A DNA stretch of 64,000 nucleotides from an uncultured archaeon. GTDB taxonomy: Archaea; Asgardarchaeota; Lokiarchaeia; Sigyniarchaeales; SOKP01. The translations under genes were made by a program, and so were the position numbers. This document shows, piece after piece, positions 40,757 through 51,982 of this stretch. The stretch's first letter is position 1. Every line of letters starts with the position of its first letter. The notes beneath the pieces were generated by a model. That model searched no databases and was not told where the DNA came from. It worked only from the letters and a program-made list of their open reading frames with translations. The stretch covers positions 84,889 through 148,888 of the forward strand of contig CAZALK010000010.1 of the NCBI GenBank assembly GCA_964486045.1, in the 5' to 3' direction.

Positions 40757-40943
40757 AATAATAAAATGTTAGTCCAGGTTTATTAAAGTATACTTTTTTT
40801 CTATACTAAGACTAAAAGAATTGTTAAATACCAATAGTATAGAATTAAGTATATTTTCTTAAAAAATCAATATAATATAAAATTTTAAAAACTTAGGAAT
40901 TGATTTTAGAACTTGATATTAAATTTAAAATTAATAAAAATAT

Positions 40944-41150
40944 ATGCTAATGTCGATAGAAGACCCCAATATTTTAAAGAGATTAAAAAGTATTGAGGAA
41001 AGGTTAAATAGAATAGAAGAACGTCTTTCCTTTGTTGAAAATAGATTAGGTGGATATCCACCTCGGCTTCCCCCGCAGCCAGGACCAATACAGCCACCAG
41101 GTCCACCAAGTCCGCCTGGACACCCCCCAGAACCTTTTCGGGTAGTGTAA
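40944..41150 (+). CDS. Small coiled-coil protein with proline-rich tail
   Basis: LKSIEERLNRIEERL repeat followed by PPRLPPQPGPIQPPGPPSPPGHPP. Confidence 0.7.
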   Translation: MLMSIEDPNILKRLKSIEERLNRIEERLSFVENRLGGYPPRLPPQPGPIQPPGPPSPPGHPPEPFRVV

Positions 41151-41293
41151 AACTAAATATTCTCGAAGAATAACGTCAATCGGTTTACAATGAACTAAAC
41201 AAACTCAAGTCTAATTCAAAATACCAAAGACCTTAAGTAGAAATTTAACTAATATCATTTTAATAACAAACATACATAATTTATAAAAAAGAG

Positions 41294-41557
41294 TTGGTAG
41301 AAAAAATGACTCAATATAGGTTTAGACTTACAGGTGTGCCTCCTGATCAAGCAATCAAGCTTGTTGAGTTGGATCCTAATAATTCAATTGCAGACATTAA
41401 AAAAACTGTGCAAAGAGAATACAAATTGAACCCGATCCTTGCAATTCAGTTTATTTTTAAAGGAAAAGTATTACCTGATCAATTAAAATTTGCTAAAATA
41501 GGAATTCATCCAAAAAAAGACGTTATAACAGTTATGGCCACACAAGCTGGTGGGTAA
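41294..41557 (+). CDS. Ubiquitin-like protein with C-terminal di-glycine
   Basis: SIADIKK..IQFIFKGKVLPD beta-grasp pattern; ends QAGG*. Confidence 0.85.
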   Translation: MVEKMTQYRFRLTGVPPDQAIKLVELDPNNSIADIKKTVQREYKLNPILAIQFIFKGKVLPDQLKFAKIGIHPKKDVITVMATQAGG

Positions 41558-41577
41558 AATAAGTTCACGGGGTTATT

Positions 41578-41620
41578 AAGAGAAAAAAGCCGGCTAATTT
41601 TTCTCTCTTTTTTTTTATTT
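41578..41620 (+). terminator. Hairpin + poly-T terminator-like element after the ubiquitin-like gene
   Basis: AGAGAAAA..TTTTCTCT stem followed by a T tract, between convergent genes. Confidence 0.45.
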
Positions 41621-41632
41621 TTTATGGAAAAT

Positions 41633-42043
41633 TTATTGTTCGATAGTCAAAAACTTTTTTGAATACGTAAATTCTGTTAATTCAGTTGTAAATGATTTGA
41701 ATTTGGAGATTTCACCATTGAAATCCTCAAGATAATTTCCATATTTTTCAAGGAATTTTTCTATAATGCTTTCTGAAATGGATTCCAACATTTTTTTATC
41801 ATAATTTCCTTTCTTACATTTTAGAACTAAATGAAACCGCGATTTATGCGTATAAAAGAAAAAGATGAAACTATCCAGAGTCAAAGTTTTCAAACTTTCT
41901 TTAAAATTTCGTTTTGTAAACCTACAAACTATATCAAAATAGCTTGCTAGAGACTGTTGATCCTCTAATCCTTCATCACTTATGAAATTATGATAAAATA
42001 AGGCAATTCCTGATTGATTTATAATCATTATTTCGCGAATCAT
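41633..42043 (-). CDS. Longin-domain protein
   Basis: MIREIMIINQSGIALFY..FLEKYG..FNGEISKFKSF. Confidence 0.82.
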   Translation of the reverse strand: MIREIMIINQSGIALFYHNFISDEGLEDQQSLASYFDIVCRFTKRNFKESLKTLTLDSFIFFFYTHKSRFHLVLKCKKGNYDKKMLESISESIIEKFLEKYGNYLEDFNGEISKFKSFTTELTEFTYSKKFLTIEQ

Positions 42044-42400
42044 GTTAAAAACACTAGATTTATGGATCTTATGGTAATTTGGTTGTTCTAAACAAACTAA
42101 TATATTCTTATGAAAAACTATTTATCAAACTTAGTTTTCAACTAAATTATAGAACACTGTATTTTTAAATTTTATTTAATGATTTTTCTAATCATTGATA
42201 ACTTATCTTAGCATAATTTGCACATGATAACTATATAAAACTATTATATTCATTTAATAACAAAAGAAAACTTTGTTTTATCCCAGTTTCAGAAACATTA
42301 AATTTCTTAAATTAGAAATCTCTATGGCTATAAAAATAAAGAAGAAAAGGAAAATGTTATACCTTAAAGCAATTTGAATTTGAGTCGTTATAAAATCATA

Positions 42401-42898
42401 TTATTCAATTTCAAATTTTAATTTAATAGGTACTTGTCTTTCTAGCGTATCTGCGACGGGTGAATGCGTCTCACATAGTTTCAGAAGTTCAGTTAATTGG
42501 TCAGGAGTCGCATTTTTTGCTTTAATCTTAACAGTATAATTAAAATTCTGAAATCCCGGACCTGGTTCATTATCTACAGTATATAATCGAGCAATATTAA
42601 ATTGCCCTTCACTCTCGATAAATATTCTCTCCAACTCAATTCCACGTATCGTAGCATGCATTGCAATAACTCCAATTTCACATGAAATTAAACTTGCGTG
42701 GGTTGCCGCCATAGATGAAAATTCCTCATCTCCATTCAAGAAAAGTTCTTTGTTACCTGCAGTAATTTTTGAACGCATTCCCCCAATCCATTCAGCACTC
42801 ATTTTTTGTGCGATTTGGCATTTTGGAAGATCATCTTTAAACATGGCAATATCATCATTTAGTTCTTCTACATCCATACCATTAAACATTTTTGTCAA
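42401..42898 (-). CDS. OsmC-like protein
   Basis: ASLISC..GIELE..CETHSPVADTL; N-terminal FNGMDVE. Confidence 0.8.
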   Translation of the reverse strand: MTKMFNGMDVEELNDDIAMFKDDLPKCQIAQKMSAEWIGGMRSKITAGNKELFLNGDEEFSSMAATHASLISCEIGVIAMHATIRGIELERIFIESEGQFNIARLYTVDNEPGPGFQNFNYTVKIKAKNATPDQLTELLKLCETHSPVADTLERQVPIKLKFEIE

Positions 42899-43176
42899 AT
42901 TATTTCATACTCTCTTTTTATTATTTTTAGTTTAACTTATATGATACTCTATTATGATTTAATATTATTGGTATTTTTTTAGAATTCAATGGAAAATCCC
43001 TTCTAATATTGGAGATTAAGATAATTACTTGATTAAATATTAGACTTCTGCTAAAATAAATGATTCTTAAATGAAACCAGACATTATCCTTTAAAATTCA
43101 AATGAAAAAGTTAATCACTGGAATTAAAAATAGTAAGAAATTAAAAATAAATTGTTTGATGAAAAAGAAGTTATAT

Positions 43177-44232
43177 TTAAATGATTGGCTGGACTAACAC
43201 TTCACTTTTTATAGTTTCATATGCCGCTTTTAAACATTCTTCAGCATCTCTGGCAATAGTGTTAACTATATCTGAAACGCTTTCAATACTTTTTATTAAT
43301 CCGATACTCTGACCAAGATAAACCGTACCCCCTTCAAGATTTCCTTTATATGCTTCTTCGAGTTTTGCTAAATCGTCCGCTACTTTTGCCATAGAAGTTT
43401 CTTCATCTTGTTTTTCCTTCTTACTCGAAACAAGGTTCTGTTTTTCAGAACCCTTATTCTTCCATACTCTTGCGGGTCCAAAAATCCCTGTTTTTAGTTC
43501 AGTATCAGTTACGCTTGAATTAACTACGACATTTTTATAATTATCGTTGAAATCACATTCTTTTGATGAAATAAATCTAGAACCCATTTGGATCGCTCCT
43601 GCACCCATTGATATGGCGGAAGCTAAACCTGTACCAGTAGCGTATCCTCCAGAGGCAATAATAGGGACATCTGGTAGTTCTTTTCTTATCTGTTGTAGCA
43701 GAATAAGTGTACTAATATTGTCGTAAGACTGATGTCCTCCGCCTTCTCCTCCTGTAACTACTAATCCGTCAAGTCCATCTTTTATTAATTTTTGGGCAAG
43801 ATACAAGGACGGTGCCACATGGAAGTGTTTGATATTTGAACCACTTTCCTTCAATTTAGCAAAATGCCTATTGTAAATCATCCTTGGGGAACCGGCACTT
43901 GTTATTAGATAAACACATTGTTCTTTTATTCTTTGATTGTTCATGATAAATCTCGGGAGCTGTCTACAAAGTTTTATAGCATCCGGTTGTAGTCTAGCCG
44001 TTCTAATGTTAAACCCAAACGGTTTATCAGTATGTTCTACAACATATTCCATACTTTTTTTCATTTCATCTATACTAACAGTACCGTGAATCGTAATATG
44101 GCTTAAACATCCTAATCCTCCTGCTTCAGATACGGCTACCGTTAATTTAGTTGTATAAAAAGGACCCATTGGAGCACTTAAAATTGGATGTTTAATCCCT
44201 AACATTTTGGTTATGTTTGTTTCTATCACCAT
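43177..44232 (-). CDS. Nitronate monooxygenase / FabK-like flavin oxidoreductase
   Basis: HPILSAPMG, VSEAGGLG, EGGGH, IIASGG, IQMGSRF. Confidence 0.9.
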   Translation of the reverse strand: MVIETNITKMLGIKHPILSAPMGPFYTTKLTVAVSEAGGLGCLSHITIHGTVSIDEMKKSMEYVVEHTDKPFGFNIRTARLQPDAIKLCRQLPRFIMNNQRIKEQCVYLITSAGSPRMIYNRHFAKLKESGSNIKHFHVAPSLYLAQKLIKDGLDGLVVTGGEGGGHQSYDNISTLILLQQIRKELPDVPIIASGGYATGTGLASAISMGAGAIQMGSRFISSKECDFNDNYKNVVVNSSVTDTELKTGIFGPARVWKNKGSEKQNLVSSKKEKQDEETSMAKVADDLAKLEEAYKGNLEGGTVYLGQSIGLIKSIESVSDIVNTIARDAEECLKAAYETIKSEVLVQPII

Positions 44233-44590
44233 TTTAAATCACTTTTTGCTCAGAGTTTTTAATTTTACTTGTAATAAATTAGACCATTAATTATAAAGTT
44301 AAACAATTAGTTATTTTTATCAAGAGTTAATTTATAAAATTTTTACATGAAAACCCACTATCAAAAGTATTAAATTCATTAAGATCTTATTAAAAATTCG
44401 ACTATTTTTTATTAAACTCGATAGTTGAGAAATATATGTTAAGATAAATAAGAAATAATTGATAAAATGGATTGGTTTCGCTTTTTAACAAAATTTAAAT
44501 TAAAATTTCGATCTGAAAGTAAATCTATCCAAAACTTATGAGACAATAGTTAATAATATTTCAACAATCTCAGAGAAAGGAGATTGGATG

Positions 44591-45160
44591 TTAAATCCTC
44601 TGAATAATCTCCTTGATAATCTGTATTATCTGGTTTGCTGCTTTTTGAATAGTTTCTGATAAATGGAAAGCAAAAAATGGTAGATCTTGATTTTCATTTC
44701 TTTCTTTGAGAGAAAATTCACCCTCTTCATAGAAAGTTACCTCAGTAAATCCTACAAGGCTTTCTGGCACAATACCGATCATAAAAACTTTTAAATCTGG
44801 CAGTTTTTCAAGTATCAAATCAACTACAATGTGAACAGGGATAGTATGGGAAGAAATTGGTACGTATTCTTTAATATTTTCAAGTTCGATAATTGCAACA
44901 GTACCGGGAGGTTTATGTAAAGTACATGTGTCTAAAAGAACGAGATGCGATGCATTAAATTTGACAACGTCATCAATTCTACTCATCGGATTAATAGCAG
45001 CATTGATAAATAAAAACTTTTCATTAGAATAATTTAATAGTTTACTGATAATATAGGGTCCAACACCATCGTCACTCAACTTTACTTCACCAATACCCAT
45101 ATAAACTGTTTTTGCAGCACCATTTAATCTCTTTAAGACATTTTCAAACATTTCGTTCAT
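44591..45160 (-). CDS. hycI: Hydrogenase maturation protease (HycI family)
   Basis: MGIG..DDGVG, LLD..PGT, SSHTIP, IGIVP. Confidence 0.85.
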   Translation of the reverse strand: MNEMFENVLKRLNGAAKTVYMGIGEVKLSDDGVGPYIISKLLNYSNEKFLFINAAINPMSRIDDVVKFNASHLVLLDTCTLHKPPGTVAIIELENIKEYVPISSHTIPVHIVVDLILEKLPDLKVFMIGIVPESLVGFTEVTFYEEGEFSLKERNENQDLPFFAFHLSETIQKAANQIIQIIKEIIQRI

Positions 45161-45189
45161 GATTAAAGAATTTTATACTTTTTATCGAA

Positions 45190-45420
45190 TTAATCTTTGA
45201 TGTTTTATTATTTTATAATTCAATTTCATTTAATCTTTAAAATTAAGAAATTTTTTCATTTTTGTGTTCAAAATGTTGTACAAATCTGTCTGAACAGTTT
45301 AATATTTTTATAGTTATGACAAAATTATATAAAAAACCATTTTCATAATATAATAGTTTATCAAATTGACAAGGAAATTTTAAAGACTCAAATAATAGCA
45401 TCATTTCTACCATATAATAT
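45190..45420 (+). repeat. Upstream non-coding block duplicated at ~47740-47968 (shared promoter region of the two kinases)
   Basis: Collinear matches, e.g. TAATCTTTAAAATT, GTACAAATCTGTCT, TAATAGTTTATCAAATTGA, AAGACTCAAA. Confidence 0.85.
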
Positions 45421-45499
45421 TAGCTGCTGGTTGTACTATATACAAAAAAAACCTATTGAACCAGAATCCTATATTGAAAAACTTAACAAGTATTTATAA

Positions 45500-47719
45500 A
45501 TGAGGAATATGAAAATCCATGTTGTTGATTCAAAAAATAAAAAACCGAAATTGAGGTTTCTTCTTGGATACATTAAGTCAAATTATTCAATTTTAATTTC
45601 TTACTTCAGTTTAATTTTTATTTTCCTTTCATTCTCAGTTATTCTTTACATGACAGAGACAAACGCTGAAATTTCCACGATTAAACAGGTTGAAAATCAG
45701 GATGTTGCACTAAATAAAGAGATTGTACTTAATGAAGTATCTCTTATTTACTCTGATATTTTAATCCTTTCTGAGAGGCAATCGATTCAGGAGTTTTTAG
45801 TGAATAATTCTGTAATTAATAAACAAATTGTAGCAGAACAATTTTTAACTTTTGCCAATTTTTCAGGTATATATGACCAAGTTCGGTTACTAGATGAAAC
45901 TGGAATGGAAGTAATCCGTATAAATTACAATTATAGTAATCCTTTCATAGTTCCTGAAATCGATCTACAAAATAAATCGAAAAGATATTATTTTGAAGAT
46001 GCATTTTCCTTGGAAAGAGGACAAGTATTTGTTTCACCACTGGATTTGAATGTCGAGTATGGGGAGATTGAACAACCCTTGAAACCTATGATTCGTATTG
46101 GTACTCCTGTTTTTGACTCCAATAATAGCAAAAGAGGTATTGTTTTAGTGAATTATCTAGCAAAACTGTTATTGGACAAATTAAGGCATACTTCATATGG
46201 TAATATAACCATGTTAAATTCTGATGGTTACTGGCTTCGGGGAGTAGATCCTGAAGACGAATGGGGCTTTATGTACCCACCGAAACTAAATAATACTCTC
46301 TCCTATCAGCAGTCCGAGGATTGGGATAAAATAAATAAATCGATGTATGGACAATTTTATGCAGAAGAAGGATTATTAACCTTTGATACATTATATCCTC
46401 TTTCAAGTATACAAGTTTCGTCCACTGGATCAGGAAGACCTTTTGAACCGAGTAACGCGAGTATAGCTGCCAATGAATATTATTGGAAGATTTTGTCTAT
46501 AGTACCAAATAAGCTTATTACCAATATTCATAATTTGTACTTTTTTCGCTCTATGTTCTTCTTCGCAATCGTTCTATTTATTTCATCTGTAGCTCTCATT
46601 TTTTTAATGTTTATGAATACTCGTAGAAAACATACGGAGGAAAAGCTTCGAGATACTCAGCAGGAATTGATCACCGATCGCAAGAAGACAGAGGAAGAAA
46701 TAGCGAATTTAGCAAAATTTCCCTCAGAAAACCCTTATCCTGTATTAAGGGTAAATAGAAGCAGAGTTATATACGTAAATGACTCAGGTAAACATCTGTT
46801 AAACGTCCAAAAAAGTGATGAAATACCAAAGATCATTCAAAAAGAAATTAATGAAGCTTTTGAGAGTAATTCTATTACAGAACCAGAAGTTAAACTTAAA
46901 AATAGAATTTATACGTTTATTATTACTCCACTTCTAGAAAAAGGCTATGTTAATATTTATGGCATGGATATAACTGAGAAAAAACTGGTTGAACAAAAAT
47001 TAAAAGAGATAAATAAGTTAAAGTCAGAGTTCCTTAGAAGAGCCTCTCATGAATTAAAAACACCACTTATTTCAATTAAAGGTTTCTCAGATTTAATATT
47101 AGCATTGCATAAGGATGAATTAAATCCAGATGTTATCTCAAAATTAACTGAAATAAATCAAGGTTGTGAGAGACTTCAGAATATAATAAATAATCTTTTA
47201 GTAACTTCTCGATTAGAATCACCAGATATAAAACCCAAAGTTCAGAAAGAAGATTTAACTTTTCTCATTAAATATTGTGTCCAAGAGTTGCAATCTTTAG
47301 CACAAACGAGAAACCAATCTATTAATTTAAACAGACTTGATGGACACTATGCAATTTTCGAGAAAGAGGAAATTCATGATGTAATTTCAAACCTATTAGC
47401 AAATGCGATTAAATACACTCCCCCCTATGGCAAAATTGAGGTAAAAACTAACATCCAAGATAGTTATGTAGTTATTTCAATAAAAGATAACGGGATTGGT
47501 TTTACTAATGATGAGAAAAAGAAAATCTTTCACCAATTTGGAAAAATCGAACGTTATGGTCAGGGTCTCGATTTAGGAATTGATGGTACTGGTTTAGGGT
47601 TATATATTTCAAAGAGAATTGTTGAATCGCATGGGGGGAAAATTTGGATGGAATCTGAAGGTAAAAATAAAGGAAGTACTTTTTATTTTTCACTTCCACT
47701 AATAGGAGATAAGATTTGA
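45500..47719 (+). CDS. Membrane sensor histidine kinase (TM-dCache-TM-PAS-like-HisKA-HATPase)
   Basis: YDQVRLLDE.G.E..R, NKSKRYYF, SPLDLNVE Cache motifs; SHELKTPL H-box. Confidence 0.92.
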   Translation: MRNMKIHVVDSKNKKPKLRFLLGYIKSNYSILISYFSLIFIFLSFSVILYMTETNAEISTIKQVENQDVALNKEIVLNEVSLIYSDILILSERQSIQEFLVNNSVINKQIVAEQFLTFANFSGIYDQVRLLDETGMEVIRINYNYSNPFIVPEIDLQNKSKRYYFEDAFSLERGQVFVSPLDLNVEYGEIEQPLKPMIRIGTPVFDSNNSKRGIVLVNYLAKLLLDKLRHTSYGNITMLNSDGYWLRGVDPEDEWGFMYPPKLNNTLSYQQSEDWDKINKSMYGQFYAEEGLLTFDTLYPLSSIQVSSTGSGRPFEPSNASIAANEYYWKILSIVPNKLITNIHNLYFFRSMFFFAIVLFISSVALIFLMFMNTRRKHTEEKLRDTQQELITDRKKTEEEIANLAKFPSENPYPVLRVNRSRVIYVNDSGKHLLNVQKSDEIPKIIQKEINEAFESNSITEPEVKLKNRIYTFIITPLLEKGYVNIYGMDITEKKLVEQKLKEINKLKSEFLRRASHELKTPLISIKGFSDLILALHKDELNPDVISKLTEINQGCERLQNIINNLLVTSRLESPDIKPKVQKEDLTFLIKYCVQELQSLAQTRNQSINLNRLDGHYAIFEKEEIHDVISNLLANAIKYTPPYGKIEVKTNIQDSYVVISIKDNGIGFTNDEKKKIFHQFGKIERYGQGLDLGIDGTGLGLYISKRIVESHGGKIWMESEGKNKGSTFYFSLPLIGDKI

Positions 47720-47975
47720 AAATACAATCTCGAAGAAGGTTAATCTTTAGTGATTTTTTGTTTTTTAATTCACTTTTTTGTAATCTTTAAAATTGAGAAA
47801 TTTTTTCACTTTTTTGGTGTAAATGATGTACAAATCTGTCTTAATTGTTTAGTATTTTTATCGTGAACAAAATTTTATAAAAAACCGTTGTCACAATATA
47901 ATAGTTTATCAAATTGATAAAGAAATTTTCAAGACTCAAAGAATAACATTACTTCTACAATATAACATAAAAAGT

Positions 47976-50900
47976 GTGAAATATTATATGAAATCATCAG
48001 TAAGAATTTCTGGGATTGATATCATAGGCCCTGCACCATGGGGTACTCATTTCTGTGTGTTTTATCAAACTAAAGACGATCTACTGGACATTTTAATACC
48101 ATATTTTAAAGTAGGTTTAGAGAATAATGAATATTGCATGTGGGTAACTTCTGAACCTTTAAATGAAAAAGACGCTGAGAAGGCTATGAGAGCTGCTATC
48201 CCTGATTTTGATAAGTATTTACAGAAAAATCAAATTGAGATCATTCCATATACAGAATGGTACGTGGAAAATAGTGAATTTAATCCTCAACGCGTTCTCA
48301 ATGGATGGATGGATAAATGTAATTATGCGTTAGATAAAGGATTCAAAGGATTAAGGTTGACGGGAAACACATTTTGGCTCGAAGATAAAGATTGGAAGTG
48401 TTTCACTGATTATGAGGAAGAAGTAAACAACGTAATCTCTTCCTATAATATAATTGCTGTGTGCACATATTCACTCGAAAATTGCGGATCTCTTGAGATT
48501 TTGGATGTTGTTCGTAATCATCAATATGCTCTTTTTAGACGAGAGGGATCCTGGGAGATATTTAAAAGCTCAGAGCAAGCTAAAATTGAACAAAAATTAA
48601 AAGAATCAGAAGAGAAGCATCGAGTTTTCATGGAAACTGCCAAAGATTTTATGCATATAATTGATAAAAAAGGTAATATAATCTATGCAAATAGAGATTT
48701 CCTTAGCTATAAAAAAGAGGAATTAATGAATATGCACATCACTAAACTGATCGGTGAGGAATCACTGCCTATATTCGGGCCGGAATTGAAAAATTTAATT
48801 GAAAATGGCAGCATTACTCTAACGGATCTGTATTGTAAAGGGAAAGATGGTACTAAAATTATCGGGGAATTAAACGTAGTTGCAATTTATGATACTGATG
48901 GAGAATTTAACGGCGCTAATGGTATCTTCAGGGACATTACCGAACGCAAGAAAACAGAACAACAATTAAAAGAATCGGAAGAAAAATTCCGTATGCTATT
49001 TAATACTGCAAATGATACAATATTCATTGTAGATTTGGAAGGTAACATTATTGAATGTAATAAAACATCAAACGAAAGATTAGGATATACGAGAGATGAA
49101 TTATTAAGTATGACTCCTATGGATTTAGATACACCAGAATATGCTGAAGGTGTTCTTGATCGGATTGAAATTGTCCGCCAGAAAGGAGAATTGTTTTATG
49201 AAGTGGAGCATTTACGAAAAGATGGAAAAATTCTCCCCGTTGAAATTAATAGTAAATTAATCAATTTTCAAGGAAAAACAGCGATTTTGAGTATTGTTCG
49301 CGATATTACCGAACGCAAGAAAATTGAACAAGAATTAAAAGAATCAGAAGAAAAATGGAGGGCTCTTAGTGAGAACTCACCCGCTCACGTACTGTTGTTA
49401 GATCCAGAACACAAAATCATCTTTATTAACCGGACAGTTCCAGATCTTTCAAAAGAAGAAGTCATTGGTACTTCAATATACAACTACACACCACAAGAAT
49501 TCCACAAGGTTACACGAGATTTATATTATTCTGTTTGGGAAACAGGAGAGCCTAGTTCAATCACCACAAAATATATAACAAAAGAAGGTGAAATTAGATA
49601 TTTTGATATGTGGGTTGGTCCTGTATTCCAATCAGAAAAAGTAGTAGCTTTAATTACCCACTCTATGGATATCACCAAACGCAAGAAAATTGAACAAGAA
49701 TTAAAAGAATCGGAAGAAAAATTCAGACTAATTGCTGAGCAGACGTTAATAGGTATTAATATTACCCAAAATAAAATTATTAAGTATATAAATAAAGCTT
49801 TTGCAGAGATGCATGAATACTCCGTTGAAGAAATGTATGGGTGGACTCTTAATGATCTTGTTAATAATGTTCATCCAGATGATCTACCCTTGGTTAGAGA
49901 AATGGCAAAATCACGAGAAACTGGAGATAAAAATATCCATCATTATTCATTCAGAACCATAACGAAATCGAAAAAAATAAAATGGTTAGATATTGTTTCA
50001 AAAGTTATCCAGTATGAAGGAAAAGGCGCACTACTGGCAACAATTACAGATATTACAGAGATAAAGGAAATCGAAGAAAAATTAAAAGAGTCAGAACATA
50101 ACCTTGGTGAACGAGTTAAGGAATTGACTTGTTTATTTCGGTTATCTAAACTTGTTGAGAATACAAGTATTTTTCTTGAAGATATTATCAACGGCACTCT
50201 TAATTTAATTCCTCCCGCATTTCAATTTCCAGAAATAACAACATCACGAATTACATTTAATGGTAAAGAATATAAATTTGAAAATTTTGAAGAAACAGAA
50301 TGCAAATTATCAACTACAGTGGAAGTTAATGAAAAACCACTGTTGATCGAAGTTTATTATCTCGAAGATAAACCATTTCTAAAAGAAGAACTCGATCTGA
50401 TTAGAGAGGTTGGAGTTCGATTAAAGGTTACACTTGAAGAGAAAGAAGCACAAAATAAATTAAGGATCTCCGAAGAAAAGTACCGTATGGGTTTCGAATC
50501 AAGCACAGATGGGATTGCTTCGGCTGATATGGAGGGTACTTTTCTTGATTTTAACAACGTATTTCTTGAGATGCTTGGTTATTCCAGAGAAGAACTTTTA
50601 AAATTAAGTTTCAGAGAGATAACACCTCAAAAATGGCATGAAATGGAAGATAACTTGATAATATCTCAGCTTGCTGATGGAAAAGATAGTGGTATTTATG
50701 AGAAAGAGTATATTCGAAAGAACGGCACAATTTTACCAATTAATAGTAGATTCTGGATCATCAAAGATGATCAAGAAGATCCAGTTAGGATGTGGAAAAT
50801 AGTGAGAGATATTACAGAACGTAAGAAGGCTGAAGAGGAAATCGCAAGTTTAGCAAAATTTCCATCAGAGGACCCTTATCCTGTTTTAAGAGTAAATAAA

Positions 50901-51860
50901 AACATAATCATATATGTAAACGACTCAGGTAAAAATCTATTAAATGTCAAAGAAAACGACGAAATACCATTTATCCTTCAAAAAGAGATTAATGAAGCAT
51001 TTGAGAGTAATTCCATCACTGAATCAGAAATTAAACTTAAAAATAGATTTTATTCATTTGCCATTACCCCACTTAGAGAAAAAGGCTACGTTAATATTTA
51101 TGGAATGGATATAACTGAGAAAAAGCAGGTTGAACAAAAGCTAAAAGAGATAAATAAATTAAAGTCAGAGTTCCTCAGAAGGGCTTCTCATGAATTAAAA
51201 ACACCACTTATCTCAATTAAAGGCTTTTCAGATTTAATTTTAGCATTACATAGAGATCAAATAAATCCAGATGTTATCTCAAAATTAGATGAAATAAACC
51301 AGGGTTGCGAACGACTTCAGAATATAATAAATAATCTTTTAACAACCTCTCGATTAGAATCACCAGATATTGAGCCAAAAGTTCAGAGGGAAGACTTAAC
51401 TTTTCTCATTAAATTTTGCGTCCATGAGTTGCAATCTTTAGCACAAACGAGAAACCAATCTATTAATTTAGATATACATGATGGTCAATATGCTATGTTC
51501 GAGAAAGAAGAAATGCATGATGTAATTTCAAACCTATTAACAAATGCGATTAAATACACACCTCCTAATGGCAAAATTGATGTAAAGACTGACATAAAAG
51601 GAAAAAATGTGGTCATTTCAATAAAAGATAACGGGATTGGGTTTACTAACGATGAGAAAACAAAAATCTTTCAACAATTTGGAAAAATCGAACGTTATGG
51701 TCAGGGTCTTGATTTAGGAATTGATGGTACTGGTTTAGGGTTATATATCTCAAAGAGAATTGTTGAATCGCATGGGGGGAAAATTTGGATGGAATCTGAG
51801 GGAAAGGATAAAGGAAGTACGTTTCATTTTTCTCTTCCACTTATAAGAGACAAGATTTGA
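47976..51860 (+). CDS. Cytoplasmic histidine kinase (MEDS + about 5 PAS + GAF-like + HisKA-HATPase)
   Basis: PWGTHFCVFY MEDS domain; repeated DITERKK.EQ.LKESEEK linkers; SHELKTPL. Confidence 0.93.
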   Translation: MKYYMKSSVRISGIDIIGPAPWGTHFCVFYQTKDDLLDILIPYFKVGLENNEYCMWVTSEPLNEKDAEKAMRAAIPDFDKYLQKNQIEIIPYTEWYVENSEFNPQRVLNGWMDKCNYALDKGFKGLRLTGNTFWLEDKDWKCFTDYEEEVNNVISSYNIIAVCTYSLENCGSLEILDVVRNHQYALFRREGSWEIFKSSEQAKIEQKLKESEEKHRVFMETAKDFMHIIDKKGNIIYANRDFLSYKKEELMNMHITKLIGEESLPIFGPELKNLIENGSITLTDLYCKGKDGTKIIGELNVVAIYDTDGEFNGANGIFRDITERKKTEQQLKESEEKFRMLFNTANDTIFIVDLEGNIIECNKTSNERLGYTRDELLSMTPMDLDTPEYAEGVLDRIEIVRQKGELFYEVEHLRKDGKILPVEINSKLINFQGKTAILSIVRDITERKKIEQELKESEEKWRALSENSPAHVLLLDPEHKIIFINRTVPDLSKEEVIGTSIYNYTPQEFHKVTRDLYYSVWETGEPSSITTKYITKEGEIRYFDMWVGPVFQSEKVVALITHSMDITKRKKIEQELKESEEKFRLIAEQTLIGINITQNKIIKYINKAFAEMHEYSVEEMYGWTLNDLVNNVHPDDLPLVREMAKSRETGDKNIHHYSFRTITKSKKIKWLDIVSKVIQYEGKGALLATITDITEIKEIEEKLKESEHNLGERVKELTCLFRLSKLVENTSIFLEDIINGTLNLIPPAFQFPEITTSRITFNGKEYKFENFEETECKLSTTVEVNEKPLLIEVYYLEDKPFLKEELDLIREVGVRLKVTLEEKEAQNKLRISEEKYRMGFESSTDGIASADMEGTFLDFNNVFLEMLGYSREELLKLSFREITPQKWHEMEDNLIISQLADGKDSGIYEKEYIRKNGTILPINSRFWIIKDDQEDPVRMWKIVRDITERKKAEEEIASLAKFPSEDPYPVLRVNKNIIIYVNDSGKNLLNVKENDEIPFILQKEINEAFESNSITESEIKLKNRFYSFAITPLREKGYVNIYGMDITEKKQVEQKLKEINKLKSEFLRRASHELKTPLISIKGFSDLILALHRDQINPDVISKLDEINQGCERLQNIINNLLTTSRLESPDIEPKVQREDLTFLIKFCVHELQSLAQTRNQSINLDIHDGQYAMFEKEEMHDVISNLLTNAIKYTPPNGKIDVKTDIKGKNVVISIKDNGIGFTNDEKTKIFQQFGKIERYGQGLDLGIDGTGLGLYISKRIVESHGGKIWMESEGKDKGSTFHFSLPLIRDKI

Positions 51861-51982
51861 AAACATATTAGTTAAAAAGAGTACATTTTAAATTTTCGAT
51901 ATTTTCAATTACCTAAATTTTAAAGTAGAGTAAAGCACATGGATAAATTCTTTAATTATAATTAATTCCTATTTAATATTAC

